This document shows, piece after piece, positions 1 to 13,619 of a stretch of 64,000 nucleotides of DNA. The position numbers and the translations under genes are program-made. The notes below the pieces were generated by a model that ran no database searches, was not told where the DNA came from, and saw only the letters and a list, made by a program, of their open reading frames with translations. Location: NCBI GenBank assembly GCA_001949185.1, contig BDGG01000009.1:1477624-1541623 (forward strand), in the 5' to 3' direction. Source of the DNA: Ramazzottius varieornatus (Eukaryota > Animalia > Tardigrada). Positions within the stretch are counted from its first letter, which is position 1; each line of letters begins with the position of its first letter.

Positions 1-59
1 TTTTGAATGTCTCCTTCAAGCCGCTTTCCAAACAGCCACCTTTGGCCCTGTTTTTGCAG

Positions 60-3000
60 TTTGAAGAAGAGATGACGACGGTCGTCGGTCCTCCTTCTTC
101 GTCCGCTTTATCTGAGGGTTCTTTGGATGGAGTAACGCGGTCCCTGGACAAGCTCCGCGTCAGGAAGTACAGTTATCCCAGCACACAAAGCGGTCGGCTT
201 GACGCCACGGCTTGGAAGAGTGTCAATGGCGAAGTGCGTGTGAACTTGTGGTCCGTGTTAGATCGTAACATTGTGTTGGCTTGTCACTACAACATACGCA
301 GTAGTATGGAGTAACTGCGTACTAATAATAATGAAGATATTCTTTGAGTGTAGTTTGGGGCAATCATGCAGCGTTGCTTCTGCTCGGTACCAAGCGAGGA
401 TATCACGAAACGGGAAACCATCAGCCAGTTGGAGCTTTGTGAGCAGGAGTTGATCAAAGAGAAGAAGATCGGCACGACCTGCTGCGCACCATATCGCAAC
501 TCACCAGCAGGGACCAAGATTTGCGATCGGAATTTGGAAGAAGGTGAGCAGAACCAAGTTCGCTACCTTCCTCAGACGGCAGTGTTGGGTTTCTTCTGCG
601 CAAAACACTCGGCCCTTCTCTCCCAACACAAAGTCTGTCCCTACTGCAACGAGTTCTACGAGAATGGAAACGTAAGTAGTCGTCTTCCTCAGCTCTAGCC
701 ACGATGTCGCATTACTATAATTTCCCTATTACCTTCGGAAACAATCTTTCCCGGAGGATCTTCGATGCTTGAGGGTTTGTGCTCTAATTCCAGAAGACCT
801 TCCTGGTGTGCCGAGCGATCGAAGGGGAAGAACATCTGTTTCATCTGAAATGTCGATCGCGGATGACCATGTTGCAGCAGTGTCCGCATTGCCTGCACGA
901 TAAGAGAAACACAGTAGAGGAATGGTACACGGGTCCCAAGAAAAGGTAAAAACTTCTGGTAACTGTTGTGCAGTCTATTCTAACATGCACAAACCTTGTT
1001 TATTTTCAGTTCACTCCGACCGATGACCAAGTCTTCCGTACAGAAGGACAAGCATCTGTTTTCAGACGCAGACTTCGTCACGGTGGAGTTACCGGATTTC
1101 CAAACGAGTGGTGGAACCTTCCGGTTCACCGGATATATCCCTAAAGATCAGCTTGACACACTTCGATCCAAGGACGCATCTTCGATCAGGTAATCTGCCT
1201 AATTACAACGTCACACTCCCTACCTTTCTTGTGGAACGTACAACGAAGATTCTTTCTCCTGGTAGCGAGAGAACTGAGCTTGTAGCAAGCTTGTTGACTA
1301 TCGCTCGAAACCAACCTGCCAACCGGGATGCGCTGGGGCAGGTCGTGACTCAAAGTCCAGCTCTTCTTCATAACTGCGCCAAGTGTGGTGATGTGCTTTC
1401 GGTGGTTCTTCTCCATAAGGTATTCACTTTTCTTATTGTCGAGGTATATTTGGGATGTCGGCAAATGACCTATCGAGCTTCCGCGTCTCGAGTGGGGCGC
1501 ATGTTTCAATTGTTTCTGGCCTCTGATGTGCGTCACTTCAACAAAGGATTGTGCTAAAATCATCTGGTGTCTTCTACATACTTGTCTTCAGTTCAGAGTG
1601 TATCATGTGGATTTTGAGCTGTAACTGTTGCATTTATGCAGATGGGATGTGATATCAACGTGGCTGAAGCCTCGGGACTGACTCCGTTGATGGTTGCCGC
1701 CATAAACCAGCAATACGCTGTCGTGCAGGCCTTGATTGTGCTTGGAGCGGACCTCAACTTGCAAGTAAACGAATGAGGCCCATTTTAATTCCTGTTTCCC
1801 CAGCAGCAGCAGGCTTTCTCTAACTTTTGACATGATTAAGGACGATGGTTGCAGGACGAAGAGGGCAGGACAGCGCTGCACTGGGCAGCCAAGAAGAAGG
1901 AAGCGCGCTTGATGCGTTATCTACTGAAGAATAAAGCGGACCTGAGGATGCTGGTACGTTTGTGTAGTGACAATTTGAATGATCATCGGAACGACAGCCA
2001 TGTTTTCTTTCAGGACAAGAAAGGCTTCGTGGCCACATTCTGGACCATGTCGTGGATTTCCTATAAGGAACTGCTGAGTTTGGTCCTTGACGGTATCGAC
2101 CTCCGTTGTTTGGACTACGACCACTGGAGTCTACTCCATTGGGCTGCCTTTCTTTTCCGCAACGAACTGCTGGTCTTTTTCCTGGACCTGGGCATGGCAT
2201 CGTTGCCGGACATCTGGGGAGACACTCCAGTGTAAGGAGGAAGAAATCTGACATTGTACAACTTTGTTCGCCCGGTAATTACTTCGTTTGGTATTGATCT
2301 TCTGTAGGCATGTGGCCGTCAGGGTGGGCAATTTCCAGTTCGTCCAGATGCTGCTGATGCGAAACCCCCCACTGGTCATTTGGGCCGAGAACCACAAAGG
2401 ACAATCGCCGCTGCAACTTGCCCAGCATCTTCTGGACAATGAGCCCAAAGCGGAGGAGGTGGCCGCCTTGCAGAAAACCGTCGAGCTGATGAGGTACTTC
2501 GCCATCAGTGACCCCACAGAAGCCGATGCCAGTGACAAGTCCACGGAGGGACCGGTTCGAGGAGACGTCAGCGGGTAACGATTGGCCCTTGACTGCTGTA
2601 AGTCACTGCCAAGTTAGTTTCAAACATTTCCGCCTCTTTCTTGTCCGTAGTGATATCACCGGCGGTAAGAGCTACTTGCCCATTCCATGCTTCAACTTTG
2701 TCAACCGGGAACGCTATGGCAAAGACCCCTTCATCTACTCCAACGTCGTCGTCCGCTCGCTCTTCTACCAGCATCAGCCCAAGCCCCTCAAGTCCTCGGA
2801 GGTCAAGAAGCCATGTAAGCTGAGTCTTGAGGGACAAGGCGGACACTGTACCGTCCCACAACTCTGTGCCGCAAAGTCTTGTGGTGTTCGGCACGTCGGA
2901 AAGAAGGGCAGGGTTAGCGTACAGGCTGAAATGGTCAACGGCTTCTTGGTCCCCTCGGCTGAGCTGGCAACTTTCAGGGTAACTGGCCAACCGGTGGCAG

Positions 3001-4761
3001 TTCCCTGCGATGGCAAGCGACCTCCCACCACTGTGGAACTGGCTCGACTTGTCCAAAGACTGTCCGAGCAAGCGGCTGTCAGGCCGGACCTTCGCAAAGA
3101 CCTCTGCCACATCATGGCCATGCTCACGTCGGAATTCCGCAAGGTCGCTATCTCTTCTTGTTTTTCCCTCATGCACAACAGTTATTCTCCATTGTGGTTG
3201 CATTTTGTGGTTTGCAGGATTCGCGGTCCATGGACGATCTTCTGCCAGCCATCAAACTGCCAGCCGTGGTTGAGAGAAAGAATGGTGGACAGCGTCTTCG
3301 CTCCTCTTCGGTAGGTGACTTTCGGCGGAGCGGTAAGAAGTGGTGGGTCTCTTGGAAGAGAAAGTCTCGGCGAGAGGACAGTGGAGACAAGAGCTACGAT
3401 AGCTTACCGTGTTACAAGATGGACCTCTTCCGCGAACTGGAGAAGGCCAATTGTGAGGTACGCTACTGTAACAGGCGAAATGATGACGATAGGATATGGA
3501 CAGTGCTTGGTGTCTTTTGCCATCGACAGGTCTTCCTGAAGGACGCCATGGTGCGCTTCGAGCGAGCGCATCCACTGGAGCGCTGGGACATGTCCTACTA
3601 CAGCCCGAAGGCGCCTGGCCGTCACCCACCATGGCGAGCTGATGCTCGGCTGGATGGCGAAGAGGCCTGGTCTGTCGCTCCACGCCTCTGTCCTGCCTCC
3701 GCCAAGTGTTTCGAGTGCGAAGGAGGTCGACAAGCGCTGAAGGTGAAGGCATCGTCGTATGCTACAGTGGAGAGGGACGGCGGTGAGGCGTCGTACTACG
3801 ACCTGTCGGTGTCACGCATTCTGGAAGGTTGCTCGGTCTACTGCCACTGCGACGAGAGCTGTCCGCAACGCGCCACCCAGTGGCCCACTACAGCTCGACT
3901 GGCCCTCTTCTACGTTGATACCACGGTCCAGTGGGGTGTCATGGCCTTGACCAAGATTACCCCGGGACAATTTCTTGCAGAGTCAGTCCAACATTCCTCT
4001 ATGATATCTCTTTCTTGACAGTTTTATTCGGTGATCGCTAACCTGAAACCGCGGAAGCTACTATACCGGGGTGTTTTTCAATTGGTTTTGTAGGTATACT
4101 GGAGAACTCGTGTGTGGAAATCTGTACAGTAACGACACGTACATGTACGAGTTGGTAAGGTTAGGGCTTGTTTTCTTCAACTGACAACTGCAATGGCCAT
4201 TGTGGTGGTCGCTTAATCGATGTGGTTCCTTGTAGCAAAACCTACAGACCACCGATGTCCACAGCACCTGGGTGGTAGATGCCAAGTCTGTTGGGAACAT
4301 CGCACGGTAAGTGTTTAGTGATCAATCTGTTGACGGTTTTCGGCTCCAATCATTGGTTGTATCTTCTGTGCTGCAGATTCTTCAACCACTGTTGCAAACC
4401 GTCAGCCAAAACGATCGAAGTGTTTGAGCATGGTGTTGTGGTTCCGCGCCTGTGTGTCTTCGCTGTGGCTGAAGTCCATCCCGGCCAGCAAATTACGTAG
4501 GTCCATTCTTAGTGTTCTTGTACGGTTAGACTCTTACAGCAGATATGTTACAGGCTGGATTACGGCGACAACTGGTGGAAGGCAAAATGGGACAACGAAA
4601 AGATCAAGTGTAACTGTCAGCACCAGCTTTGCAAGTATCGCACAGCCGAGGACTTGAACAGCATCCAGAACGCCGCTGAAGAAGCGCCGAACGACTATCA
4701 GGAGCCTGAGAACGAGAGTGAAGAAGGAGACGATAGCGATCCAGATTATGACGTTCGTTAG
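60..4761 (+). CDS. EHMT/G9a-like histone-lysine methyltransferase (Cys-rich region, ankyrin repeats, split pre-SET, SET, post-SET); multi-exon, probably 5'-partial
   Basis: Cys-rich FCAKH...HKVCPYC and HLFH..C..CPHC; ankyrin motifs GLTPLMVAA, GRTALHWAA, GDTP; pre-SET start DITGGKSYLPIPCFNFVN; SET motifs WGV..EYTGEL, DAKSVGNIARFFNHCC, LDYGDNWW; post-SET KCNCQHQLCKY; stop TAG 4759-4761. Confidence 0.8.
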
Positions 4762-5737
4762 TTTGATCACCCTCTTTTTGTCTCCCAAACCAGAAAGCGA
4801 TTTCCACTGTGAAGTTAGCAAATTCCAGCTCAATTTGTTAAAGGTTTGAGACGGGCAGTTGTCCATATAACACAGATTCCGTATGAAACTGTGTTCTGGC
4901 ATTTGTACTCTGCATCTTCTGATTTCTGAACCTTTGACCACAGCAATTAATAAACACAAGTTCCCCCCATAACGGGCGGTCGCGTTCGAGTATACTCAAA
5001 GGCCAGACTCTGACGTTCTGACTCGATCTATCACGGTCACGCGCATTGGCTGAAGCAGAATAAATCAGGCAATCAACCAAAACAGTTGAAGCTCGCAAAA
5101 CTCGAACGGTAAATTCATGTGAGACTGGCGTTACTATAGTCCTCACGAAAGGCCGTAAAACTCCCTTGATTGTGTTGATCTTGAAAGTAGATTACGAAGT
5201 TTCGCTTTCAAGATAAGCAGCCCTCGAGTAGCTTATCTTAAAACTGAAGACGGATTATTCTCTGCACACTTGACTCAAAATTTCAAATTTTCATTTTTCA
5301 GCTGATCTCTGTCTGCACAGTTCTTCACGTTGCGAGATACAGTACCACGTATGGGCTTCTTGATACCTATTATGCAGCGATTCCACTTCTCGTAACTGGC
5401 GCGTTTTTGCTCTTTACGAAAATATTCCATTACCATAACTGGAAAAAACCATCACGGAAAAAGTCATCTCGGGAGAGGAGCAATCTCCGGACCCATCACG
5501 TGTTTCTGATTACTGGCTGGAACGAGGAAGTAGAATATACGTCCAGTACGCACACTTCCGGCGCTGCGTGTCAGAAAATTATTTCGTTCAGTTTGCGCTG
5601 CTCTGCAGGATCCCATGCCAGGCAGTGCTGTATAGGCGATGAAGCTGCGAGGATGCACGGTGTGATCGTGATTCGGACAGGTTAGGTGGGGTGCGGTGGA
5701 CCGGAAGTTGCTGTTTAGCACAATCCAGTTGCCCACT

Positions 5738-8700
5738 ATGGATTTGGTGGGAGAAGCCTCTGCAAAAGATTTACCGTTGCCTGCTGTGGATGCATTGAAC
5801 GAAGCCAGCTCTGAGGCGGAGACAGCTGAAGAAGAGAAAGAGGAGGTTGCCTCGCCCGCGCTTGCAGCTGACAAAACAGTAAGATTGACAACACTTGTCC
5901 GCGCATAATAATAATGTTGAGCCGGAAGTGATTCTGAAGAATGATCGAAACGGTTTGCATTCTTTGCAGGTGGCAAGGTCGCTTGGGTCGGGAAAGAAGC
6001 GTCGACTTGGAATTTCCGTAGAAACTGACCAGGTAAGGATCGACAACAGAGCGGAAATAAAGAGAAGATGGTTTTATGTTACATCTGTCGTAATTAGAAA
6101 TTGTAATATTACGAAGATTATGTCAACAAGCGCAAATGACAGCGGACGAGCCAACCCTTCCTCGACCAATTCCATGGCTAATGCCTTATCCTATGTCTTT
6201 CAGTTTTTAAGCCCTTCGAAGGATGCGGACAACGCTAGCACGGCCAACGATGTGGACTTTGCCGACACCGTTTTTCCTGACCTGCGTTTCGCCAGTGTCA
6301 ATGGCTGCGGTATCGACCCGCTGTCCAGCAAGAACCGCAACATTCCTTCCCGCGTAGTTGTCCTCTTTGCGCGCCGTCGTGCTGCTGCGTCGTGCCTGTT
6401 AACGCGTCATGAACGCGGCTGGTGGATGCCCTTCTTGGCGCCCAAGCCCGACGAGAGCAACCTGGATGCAGCCATCAGGCTCCTCAAAATGGTTGGCGCC
6501 TTCTCTCTTCATTATGACAATATTCCCTTGGCCTTAGGTAATGTCTGGCACATGGTCGCACTTTTGGCATTGATGCATGGTTTGGTCTTGCAGGTTACCG
6601 ATGAGGACGGTAAAGATTTGGAGCTCAGGCGGATACGCACATTGCACTTGCCGGAAGGACGGTCCAGCAGCGTTTACATATACGGCTGTGTTCTGGATGG
6701 ACAACAGGTTCGATTGCTCGCACTTGTTGATTATGGATCGGCTTTGTTACTGACCGATTGTTGCTGTCGCTGCTAAGGTAGCTTCTACCATCAATGCTCT
6801 TGTAGAAATCGAAGCTGGAACGGTGGTTGGACGCGAAGCAACTTGCGGCTTTGCTGTCCAAATTCCAGCTGCTGAGCAAGGAACCGGCAGAACTTCTGCG
6901 GGAAAGCCCCAACTCTAGTATGCAGCTCTATCATCCGTTCGAATCATGGGATGAAAAGTGAATTTAATCCATAGTTTGCGTGTTATAGAGAGCAGCCCGG
7001 AAGTTGCATTCCAGGAAGTGTTTATTCCGAAAGTGAGCCCACCGACTGACGCAGAAGTCGCATTAGGAGCTAACTATGCTGTAAATAGTGGCTTGAACTC
7101 TACGCACATTGGATCGTTGGTTCAGGCAGCTGGGTTCGATGATCGCGGTAGGCAAACTGTCCTGTCTTTCCATGTTAAGATAGAGATTGCCTTGCCTAAC
7201 ATGGATTCACATGAAACCTGATGTGAACAAGGGCTTGTCGTTGTCCAGACCAAGCGGAAATTTACAAGCTGTTTCATACGGCTTGCTTCCCCTGTGATAC
7301 AATGAACGTCAACACTTTCAAGCGCGTCATCGAGTCCAACCTAAAGTTAGGAACCTACGATAGCCACGAAGATTTATTCAGGTAAGTAATAGATGTAATT
7401 ACTACCTGCTGCTATTAATTTGCCTGGAGGTAGGATTTGGCTTTTGTTGAGCTGCATGTACTACTTATACAGAGCTTTCGGTGAGTTTTCCCGTGATCAG
7501 GACAACTACCTGACCTTCGATGCATTCCTGGCCGGACTGTGCGCGCTGAATCCTTCGACGCCTCATGGCGGCATTCCGGCGGAACTGCGCTGTCGCTTCA
7601 TGTTCAAGTACTACGATAGCGACAACGACAAGGTCTTGAACAGCCTGGAGTTTAAGCGACTTCTGAGGGACCTGCGCTCTTCCCGTGGCTTACCGGCCGA
7701 CGAAAGCGCCGTCGAGTCGGAGGCACAGAGCTCGATGGCTGTCTTCGATATACAAGGCGACGCTGCCGGCGCTATTCCGCTGGATAACTTCCTCAACGCG
7801 GTAGGCCACCTTCGCTTCCGCGGAACTTCCTCCCTTTTACGAGTTCAGTCGACGATCAAGCTGAAGAAGGGCGACGAGGATTCAGGCCATGCCAATGGAA
7901 CGGCTCGCAAGCGACCCGTTACCGGACACCGACATCTCAACTCGGCCATTTCCGGTAGGCTCTTTATTCTCTGCTTGCTTGTTTGTTTCTTCTATCATAA
8001 TTGTCTCTTTTCACAGTTTTCAAGTGATTCTCTTTGATGTTTCAGTGTCGTCGACGGACTTGAACAGCAACAGCAACAGAATAGTAAGTCGGAATGGTAA
8101 GGGGGAAGAAGCGTACGAGTTGGCCATACACTCGGTTAAAGTCCGGAGAACCGGTATACTTACCGACATCCAGACTCTCTGGGAAATGGACGGCTCCAGC
8201 ACGGTAAGTACCATGTGACTCTCTCTCTTGCCTTCTCGCCATGGACTACGAACTATTACCAATGTTTTGTAGGCCAGCGTAAATGCTAGTGAGCAGCAGT
8301 TCCGACTGAACCTCTCTCGCATGAACTCCATGATCTCCTTCAACATGCGCAACAGCGGTAATGAAATGCTTTCTGGTCTCCGGTAAGTAGCGCCACAGTG
8401 CGACCTAACTTGCCTTCTCTTTGTGTTGTAGTGCCACATGTTATTGTGTGTGTTTGAAATTCTGTAGGTACTTTGAGAAGGAAATCACACAGGACGATGT
8501 GTCGCAGGATAAAGGCTTCAAGTCCATCAAGGCGGCTTTTGACTGGGGAGCCACCTCACTGGACAAGTTCGCCGAGTGCCTGCTGGAAGTCTGCAAGGTC
8601 CTTAAACCTATCGTGCAGAAGGAGCCACGCTTGTTGAAGCTGAAATCACCCGTCTATGTACTTGGTAAGATTTCTTCCTGAGCGGATCTTGTTGGAGTTG

Positions 8701-9878
8701 GCCTTGCACCTTACGGGATGCCAGTCGTGAACCTGCGTACACCCGGTCGTACGTTTACCGCGATGCGGGTGTATGCAGGTGGGTGTTGGCGTTTATTTCC
8801 CGATAGCTCGGTCGTCGTGCATTGCTTTACCGTGGGTGGTTTATTATTTTGTAGGGGACGTTCATGGCAACTACAGCGACCTGATGAGCTTTGAGAAAGT
8901 TTTGTGGCGTATGGGTCCAGTCTTGACACCTGCATCCTTCCTCTTTCTGGGAGACTACGTTGACCGAGGAGCATTCGGAGTCGAAGTGGTTTCCTACCTC
9001 TTTGCCCAAAAGTTTCTGGCGCCGGACCGAATGCTGCTGCTACGCGGAAACCACGAGCTTAGAAATGTCCAGAAAAATTTCACATTTTATGAGTACGAAC
9101 TTTGTACTCGTAATCTCCGGGTTTCCCAAGCAGCTTTTGTGTTGTAGAGAATGCAAACGAAAGTTTGGAGAGGCCACCGGTGAACGCGTCTGGGCGGCGG
9201 TAAACGACATTTTTGACTATCTGCCCATTGCCGCGGTCATCGACGAGGAGATATTCTGCGTTCACGGCGGAGTTCCCCATTATAAGCTGCTGAATGGCTC
9301 GGTGGAAGCCATCAACAAGATACCCAAACCTCTTCGCTCCGAAGCTGATAGCCCGCTGGCTTGGGAGCTGATGTGGAACGACCCAGTTGGGTAAGTGAAG
9401 GATGAGGAGGAAAGAGCCGTACCGCTGACCTTGTCTAACCTTGTCAGCTTCTGCTCACCTCTGGGGAACTAACGGTACTTTTGTACCGTTTTTATCCAGG
9501 ACGGAACGTATAACACCCGAGTTAGATCGGCTGCTGCAGGCTGATCATGGCTTTACACCGAACAACCGCCGTGGTACTGGCCACTTTTTTTCTTCCGTCG
9601 CTCTGGATCTCTTTCTCAAAGCCAACGGTCTTTCATACGTCATACGAGCTCATGAGATGAAACAAGCAGGCTTCCAGGTATGGTCTTGTCTGTAACGTCT
9701 CTGCCTTGTGGATAAAGGAAGAAATACCAAAAGGACTTTCTTCTTTTGGCAGATTCAGCAAGATGGTCGTCTGCTAACCGTCTTCTCTTCCTCGGGCTAT
9801 TGCAACAACACCAACGAGGCAGCCTGCATTCTGGTCGATCGGAGAAAGCTACGTACAATCCGACTGGACACCTCCTAA
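5738..9878 (+). CDS. PPP-family Ser/Thr phosphatase with N-terminal degenerate Nudix-like region and EF-hands; multi-exon
   Basis: [31 protein letters not shown] and RAHE motifs; EF-hand [12 protein letters not shown]; stop TAA 9876-9878. Confidence 0.85.
8730..8781 (+). ncRNA. pre-miRNA-like intronic hairpin (family member 1)
   Basis: ACCTGCGTACACCCGGTCGT / GCGATGCGGGTGTATGCAGGT form ~20 bp with one bulge; three G-U pairs work only on the sense strand; lies in a ~190-nt intron of the phosphatase gene. Confidence 0.55.
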
Positions 9879-10071
9879 CACTGCGTAATACCGGAGCCTT
9901 CGATGGCAGCTCATTGATTTTACCTTTTAATCTTTCAGTTTTCTTTCGTTCGATCGATACCCAAGTATTCGCCTAGCGCTTCTGTCCTATGGTTGCGGCC
10001 CCTTTTTGTACCGGTTTTAGACATGTAGTTTCGGGGTTGGTTTACAAAAGCTGTTTGGCGGATGCTCTTTC

Positions 10072-10767
10072 TCAAAAGAGTTTGTTGGTTAGCTGGTCAA
10101 ATAAATTCATTCGGCGGATGCGTCTGTTGATCTCTCCAGCTCGCATGAAATACTCGGCCATCATGTTTTGCCGATCTCCGACATCGTCCTGTGCGTCCGT
10201 CCTCCTGGGCTTGCCGGCCAGGATATCCATCAGAGTTAGGAACTCATCAAAGTCCAAAAGGCCAGAGTTGTCCACGTCAATTTCTTGGAAAAGAAGCTGA
10301 CGCTTCTCCCTGTTGGAGTTGTCACCAATGTTGTCCAAAAGTTGAGACAGCTCGTCAAAGTCTAGCAGACCATCTTGGTTCAGGTCCAGCAGCTTGAATT
10401 CAATTTGGTAGTCTTTGATGTCCTCCTTTGTCAGCCTCGGATACTTTTTCATAATTTCCTCGTAATCCACAGCTGCAATATTTCATCTCACATTCAATAG
10501 TGGCCACCACACCTGGAAGTTACAAAGAGACTGACCGATATACTTGCGGACGCAGATGTTTATCCTGTCGCGCTCTTCGTGATGTTCGCTCAGATGAGCT
10601 TCATGTACGCCGTCGTAGATGCTCTCTCCCTGTTCCTCATCCTCCGCAGCGTCTTCGGTGTTTCTTAGTTCACCTGGACAAGCGCAATATCTGGTTACAG
10701 AATAAGGTTTGGCTGCTAGGCTGACATTTGCGCTCACCTAGAGTGCTGAACTTCTCTCGAAGGACAT
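10072..10767 (-). CDS. small calmodulin-like protein with two EF-hands (3 exons)
   Basis: EF loops DLNQDGLLDFDE and DVDNSGLLDFDE; upstream exons MSFERSSALG and ELRNTEDAAEDEE join in phase. Confidence 0.75.
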
Positions 10768-11457
10768 AAGAGACGGGCTGCCGCGAGATCGGAAAGCTTA
10801 GACCAAGACCCATGTAACTTCGATTGTCAATTATTCGCTCTTTTCTGTTAAACGGATATTTGCAAGACCAATTTATTTGCGTTCGACCTATTTGGAGATA
10901 ACTAGACCACGTTTTTTGTGAGTGGCAGTTTCCAGGGTGTTGAGATGGGCTTCCGTTTCCGCCCAGTACCAGTGCTGCCACCTGGTCAGTGTACAGTACA
11001 GTACTGTACTGTACTTCCTGATCGCAGTCCTGGTTAAGTAGTTGGCCATCCAATGTCCCGACTGCCGCGCCACTGGGCATTTGGTCAATTAATACGATAC
11101 TGCCTGCAATTGCCGGTGTGTTTGACTGGACCTCAAAGGTCTCAGTGTCGTCAAGGTAGCATCGTCGAGGTATCAGTATCGTCGAGGAGGTCGAGGCACT
11201 ACTTTACCGAGTAGTGCATTGCCACCATCGCCCCAGGTTGAACGTGTGGTCGTGTGCTGGCCCTACCAGTTTTTCTCCACTGCAAGTAACATCGATGGCC
11301 TTATGTCGATGGTGCACTCGAGCAGCTGTATCCGACATTGTGTTGGCCAAGCTTGATGATACAGCTGTTGAACTTCGAGAGAATGGTTACGTCGTAGGCT
11401 GCCCGAAACACGACAGTCTACGATTAGTACGGTAAATAATTATGGTCCTTGAGTGCC

Positions 11458-13281
11458 ATGAGAATTTTCGTGATGGGGGATGACAGTACCAAGGATGCAC
11501 CGCATTTCATGCGGCGTTACCTCTACAGCAGTCGATGCGTCCACATTGCGGCCAAACGATGGAAGTTGATGACAGCCGTCCTTCTCTGTTTGTTGTTCAT
11601 TGCAGGATGGCGTTTTTATAATGAGCTGCATGACACTGGGTCAAAAAGTGCAGATGTCAAAACTGTATCGCCGTCGAAGAAGGAGCCGCCAGCTGCACAT
11701 GTGGAGCACGCCTCAGTTGTGGCGGCAGGGAATAATGGGAGACTGTTTTACAACCGTGTGCCGAAATGCGGAAGTTCCACATTAGTTTCCCTGCTGAAGA
11801 AGCTGGCTGTAAGGAATGGATTCACTCATGTCCAATCTCCACTGTTGGACGAGTGGTCCTTATTCATGCCAGCGCAGCAAGTGAGTTTTGATATAAACTT
11901 TTTCCATATGGAGCTCGCGCGATCGACATGTTTTCGTCTTTCAGGAGGCCTTCGTGAAAGACTTCGTGCAAAACCCAGTCGACACCAGCTTTGATCGGCA
12001 CCTTTTCTTCCTCGATTTCGAGAGGTGAGCTCGAAGCCGCCCTGACTCCAGCGTGCGCCTCGCAGAGCAACCCGTTTGTAATTGTCCTCAAAAACTGAAA
12101 TCCTTCAGGTACAACGAGGAAAATCCAATCTACATCAACATGATCCGCGACCCAACTGAACGATTTATCTCAGAGTTTTACTTCCGGAGAAGGCTGCAAA
12201 ATGAAGGTGTTAAGCAGGGAGAAAAGAAATGGTACGACGAGGTGAGCAGCGTTCTCTGCAGTATACGGCTGGATGTAGTCATGGTCATTAGTCATGGCCA
12301 CCTCATAGTCTTCCATTGCTTCACCCTTGCTCCAGATCCCTTCGTCCGATTCCTAAAATTCGAAAGCCATCATTTAGATTTTAAAAGGCACCTTCGACTT
12401 TCCCGTCACGTGACCTACGGGGTCACATGTCAATCAATCAACTGGTGAGCATCGATGGCAGACACAAGCAAATAAAGGTAATTTTTGGCTCCCCGTAAAC
12501 CTGTCACGTGGCGTGGCAGTGGGAGCCAAAAATTACCCTTATTTCCTTGTGCCTGCCATCGATGCTTACCAGTTGATTGATTGACATCGACGGAATCAGG
12601 TGTTGAAATTGTTGAAATCAACGAAGACTTTGGGGGTAGCCATGACTAATGACCGTGGCTGTATTTACGGGTTACAGAACCGGAAGTTGGGTCGCCACCA
12701 GGGCCCACCACATTCTGCGAGCCATGACACAAGTTTTCGTCCGATAAATCCGATCGGCTTGCACCAAGTCACGATGCTCCTTGTAGGATCTGGACAATTG
12801 CATAAGGACTGGAAAGGATTATGATTGCCGTCTCGTCGAAGGGACTTTCTTGAAGAACATGATCGCCTTCTTCTGTGGCCACGAAATGGAGTGCTCGTAG
12901 GTTCATAACAGCATATGTTCGATGACTTAGAACATCCAGCAGAAAAATGACCGGGATGTCTTTTATAACAGACGACACGGAAGTCGTCATGCTCTGGAAC
13001 GGGCCAAGGAGAAAGTGGAGAAGCATTTCGCTGTGGTCGGGATTCTTGAAGACTTGGACATGACGCTCAGTGTTCTCGAACAGAAACTGCCCCGTTACTT
13101 TGCTGGAGTCATGGATCTGTGGTCGGACTCCAACAGCGACGGCCAAGTGGTCAACAAAGGACGCAACAGACGGCAAGACGTCTCGCCAGAAACCAAAGAA
13201 ATCATTCGGGCTAACCTAACCATCGAATACCAGTTTTACGATTTTATAAAAAATAGGCTGATAAGCCAAAGCCGCCACTAA
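11458..13281 (+). CDS. heparan sulfate 2-O-/uronyl 2-sulfotransferase-like Golgi type II membrane protein
   Basis: N-terminal TM; PAPS-binding FYNRVPKCGS; YINMIRDPTERFISEFYF; FFCGH; VVGILEDL; EYQFYDFIKNRL. Confidence 0.85.
12276..12661. mobile_element. MITE-like palindromic element in a sulfotransferase intron
   Basis: ~38-bp imperfect TIRs (TAGTCATGGTCATTAGTCATGGCCACC... / ...GGTAGCCATGACTAATGACCGTGGCTG, then TA) and an inner ~65-bp inverted repeat at 12428-12586. Confidence 0.7.
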
Positions 13282-13619
13282 ATGCATCAACTTGTACCCA
13301 TCGTGGCCACATCTCCAGATTGAAAGGACGAACAGGTCGGCAAGAGTAAGTTTCATTTTGGATCGGACTAACGTATTCAAAACCCACATCAGCCATTTTC
13401 GGGGAAAAACAAGTCGACACGAGTTCAGTACAAGGCGTAAGGTAAGAGAGGGGACCATATCCATAACAGAGCTTCACTCATCAAAGCAGGACAACAGCGG
13501 CAATAAAATGATAAAGAGGGAGAGGATAGAGTTAAAAAGAAAAAAACAAGTGACTCGCACAATCAGCAGCAGCAACACGTCAAGTCAGCCAGTCAGTTCT
13601 GCTGGCAAATGCCCACTCT

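Noticed and set aside
10473-10547. Possible GC-AG intron in the EF-hand gene
   Set aside because: An in-phase GT donor (G|GTCAGT) gives a normal ~63-nt intron.
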